A DNA stretch of 48,582 nt from Gemmatimonadota bacterium. Lineage in GTDB: Bacteria; Gemmatimonadota; Gemmatimonadetes; Gemmatimonadales; GWC2-71-9. The DNA is taken from positions 1 to 48,582 of the forward strand of contig JBDHKN010000025.1 of assembly GCA_039586365.1 (NCBI GenBank), read 5' to 3'. Of the stretch, positions 46,536-48,582 are shown piece after piece. Position 1 is the first letter of the stretch, and every line of letters starts with the position of its first letter. The notes beneath the pieces were generated by a model, which saw nothing but the letters and a program-made list of their open reading frames with translations, did not search any database and was not told where the DNA came from. Made by a program: the position numbers and the translations under genes.

Positions 46536-47444
46536 ATGAACAACGCGATCGAAGTCCGTGGGCTAGGCTATCGGGTGAAGTCGTTTGAGATCAGCGATTT
46601 CGCTCTCACGGTACCCGCCGGTTCGGTGTATGGCTTTCTGGGTCCCAATGGAGCGGGCAAGACTACCACGATTCAGCTGCTGCTCGGACAGAGGCGCGCC
46701 GCGCGTGGACAGATGACTGTGTTGGGGGGCTCGATGCCTGAGGATGCCGCGCGACTGCTCCAAAAGTTGGGATACGTGCCTGAGCGCCCCCACATCTACC
46801 CCAGTCTCACGGTCGCCGAAGGCTTGAGGTATCACGCCGCTTTCTATCCTGCCTGGGACTCGCAACGAGCCGTCGAGCTGTTGCACCGGTTCTCTCTCGA
46901 GGGAGGTCAACGCATCGGAGGACTATCGAAGGGTGAGACCGGCAAGCTGATGGTGCTGCTGGCGCTGGCCCAGCGCCCTGAGCTACTCGTGCTCGACGAA
47001 CCGACCGACGGACTCGATCCTGTTGTGCGCCGTGACGTCATCGCCGCGCTGCTGGACTACGTGTCACGCCACAGCGCGACCGTGTTCATTTCGAGTCACC
47101 TGGTGCACGAACTGGAACGGATCTGCGACTGGGTAGGCTTGATGGACAGGGGGCGGCTGGTGGCCGAGATGCCCATGCAGAATTTCAAGAACGGCATTAA
47201 GCGGTTACGGGTAACGGAAGCACCTGCCGCAGTGGAGGAGACGCCGTTTGTGCTGTTGTCTCGCGAGTCGGCAGGTGTGGGAAGCACGGGGGAGGTCTGG
47301 GTGGTTCGGGGTTGGCAACCACCCATGCAGGAGTACTTCACTGCGATCGGTGCGATCCTACGAGAGGTAGTGGATCTGGATCTCGAAGAGGGCTTCGTGG
47401 AACTGCTCCGAACGTTTCGCGGGCCTCACTCGAAGGAGGCTTGA
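46536..47444 (+). CDS. ABC transporter ATP-binding protein (YtrB/ABC-2 type)
   Basis: GPNGAGKT, LSKGE, LDEPTDGLD, SSH. Confidence 0.95.
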   Translation: MNNAIEVRGLGYRVKSFEISDFALTVPAGSVYGFLGPNGAGKTTTIQLLLGQRRAARGQMTVLGGSMPEDAARLLQKLGYVPERPHIYPSLTVAEGLRYHAAFYPAWDSQRAVELLHRFSLEGGQRIGGLSKGETGKLMVLLALAQRPELLVLDEPTDGLDPVVRRDVIAALLDYVSRHSATVFISSHLVHELERICDWVGLMDRGRLVAEMPMQNFKNGIKRLRVTEAPAAVEETPFVLLSRESAGVGSTGEVWVVRGWQPPMQEYFTAIGAILREVVDLDLEEGFVELLRTFRGPHSKEA

Positions 47445-47447
47445 GTC

Positions 47448-48104
47448 GTGTTCACAGCGATCCTCTTCACTCAGTGGAAGTGGTCCCGGCTCCTGATAGC
47501 AGCGGGTTTCGTCGCGGCCTTTACCCTGCCGATCCTCACGGTCCAGGGTCTCGGATTCACTGACCCGACCGTATGGGTCGCGAGGGATATCTTACGCACG
47601 GCCGAGTCGCGCAGCGTCTGGTATGCGGTGCTCGCTGCGGGCATTGGCCTGTTGCTCGCGACCAGTGTGTGGTCAGCGGACCATGGGGGGGACCACGTGT
47701 ACGCGTTGTCGCTCCCGGTTGCGCGGTGGCGGTTGGTGGTGCTGCGGTTCGCCGCGGGAGGTGTTCTGCTGCTCGTCCCGGTGGCAGCCTTCTGGGCCGG
47801 GGCTCTCCTGGCCAGCGCTGCGCTGTCACTACCCTACGGTCTACACGCATATCCCACCGCGCTCGCGCTCCGTTTTGGCCTCGCAACCGTGGTAGCCTAT
47901 GCGGTCTTCTTCGCCATCTCGTCTGGGACGACCAGAGCCGCAGGCATGGTCTTGGCGATAGTAGGCGGTTTAGTGGTGGTCCGGGTGCTGCTGCACGGTG
48001 CCAACGTCGATATCGACTTCCTCCAAGACCTGTTCGGTCGGGCCGTATCCTGGCCCGGTCCATTCGGAGTCTTCGCAGGAAGATGGGCGCTGATCGGTGT
48101 CTAG
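47448..48104 (+). CDS. Multi-pass membrane protein, probable ABC-2 permease
   Basis: 5-6 hydrophobic segments, YALSLPVAR loop motif; follows the ATPase. Confidence 0.75.
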   Translation: MFTAILFTQWKWSRLLIAAGFVAAFTLPILTVQGLGFTDPTVWVARDILRTAESRSVWYAVLAAGIGLLLATSVWSADHGGDHVYALSLPVARWRLVVLRFAAGGVLLLVPVAAFWAGALLASAALSLPYGLHAYPTALALRFGLATVVAYAVFFAISSGTTRAAGMVLAIVGGLVVVRVLLHGANVDIDFLQDLFGRAVSWPGPFGVFAGRWALIGV

Positions 48105-48582
48105 CGGTCCCGTGGGAGCAGACTCAGTGACGGACGTGCGGGGTGACGGGACGTCGCCACACCGTGTTGCGTCCTATGTACTCGTGGGACTGTGCACGCT
48201 TGTAACCGTCGGGCACGCTCAGGCACCAACGGTAGCTGACTACCGGATGCGCGTCACCCAGTTGTCGCGTATCTGGGAGGCAGCCAAAGCGGCCGAGGAC
48301 AGTGTGAGAGGTGTCACGGGACAACTCGACACCATCCAACTAGGCAGCCTAACCGTGGTATTGGCGGCGAGTCAGCGAGCGGTCGCCCAGGCGGCGGCGC
48401 AGCGTGCCTGGGATGGGCTCGATTCCGCCCTTGGCAGCGATACGGACCTGCTAACTGGCAAGACGTTCTACACGCGACTCGCTGCGACGCACGTTCCGAT
48501 CTCCGACTCGAGCGTGAGTCTGGTATTGATGGATGCACCGGGAGTCGAGCAGCTACGCTGGAACCTCCTGAGGCGCGTGATG
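48097..48582 (+). CDS. Hypothetical exported protein, 3' truncated (not in ORF track)
   Basis: GTG overlaps the previous stop; the frame is open to the window end (162 codons); hydrophobic YVLVGLCTLVTVGHA-QAP signal-like segment. Confidence 0.65.
   Translation, partial: MSSGPVGADSVTDVRGDGTSPHRVASYVLVGLCTLVTVGHAQAPTVADYRMRVTQLSRIWEAAKAAEDSVRGVTGQLDTIQLGSLTVVLAASQRAVAQAAAQRAWDGLDSALGSDTDLLTGKTFYTRLAATHVPISDSSVSLVLMDAPGVEQLRWNLLRRVM

Overview
This is GC-rich (about 60%), gene-dense bacterial chromosomal DNA. Its gene style (many secreted M14/S9/serine hydrolases, a Tat-exported class V PLP enzyme, a YtrA-type GntR-ABC cassette) suggests Gemmatimonadota or a similar lineage; this is an inference. 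From left to right it contains: a partial M14 peptidase; a B12-radical SAM gene; GH15 converging on a pgi-gnd-zwf-pgl operon; ferritin, CBS and Tat-aminotransferase genes; a 14.2-kb tightly coupled operon (2-oxoacid oxidoreductase alpha/beta, unknown ORF, rnfB, a 1678-aa PFOR with a tethered C-terminal ferredoxin, rnfCDGEA, and a small Cys-rich membrane protein); amrB; a second, convergent korAB pair; a run of peptide/amino-acid hydrolases and lyases; and a GntR-ABC cassette. The most notable system is the OFOR/PFOR-Rnf operon. Its unknown ORF aligns by eye with the TPP-binding domain of the neighbouring PFOR but has lost the TPP motif and Fe-S cysteines, so it looks like a pseudo-subunit. The PFOR carries a swinging-arm-like ferredoxin, and the last gene resembles an NqrM-like maturation factor. 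Together these suggest a hard-wired 2-oxoacid-to-Rnf complex (hypothesis). Non-coding oddities include an 80-bp symmetric AT-rich element, decamer repeat arrays placed after stop codons, an intergenic region with interleaved helices, and a frameshifted serine hydrolase. No rRNA, tRNA, CRISPR array or transposase was recognised.
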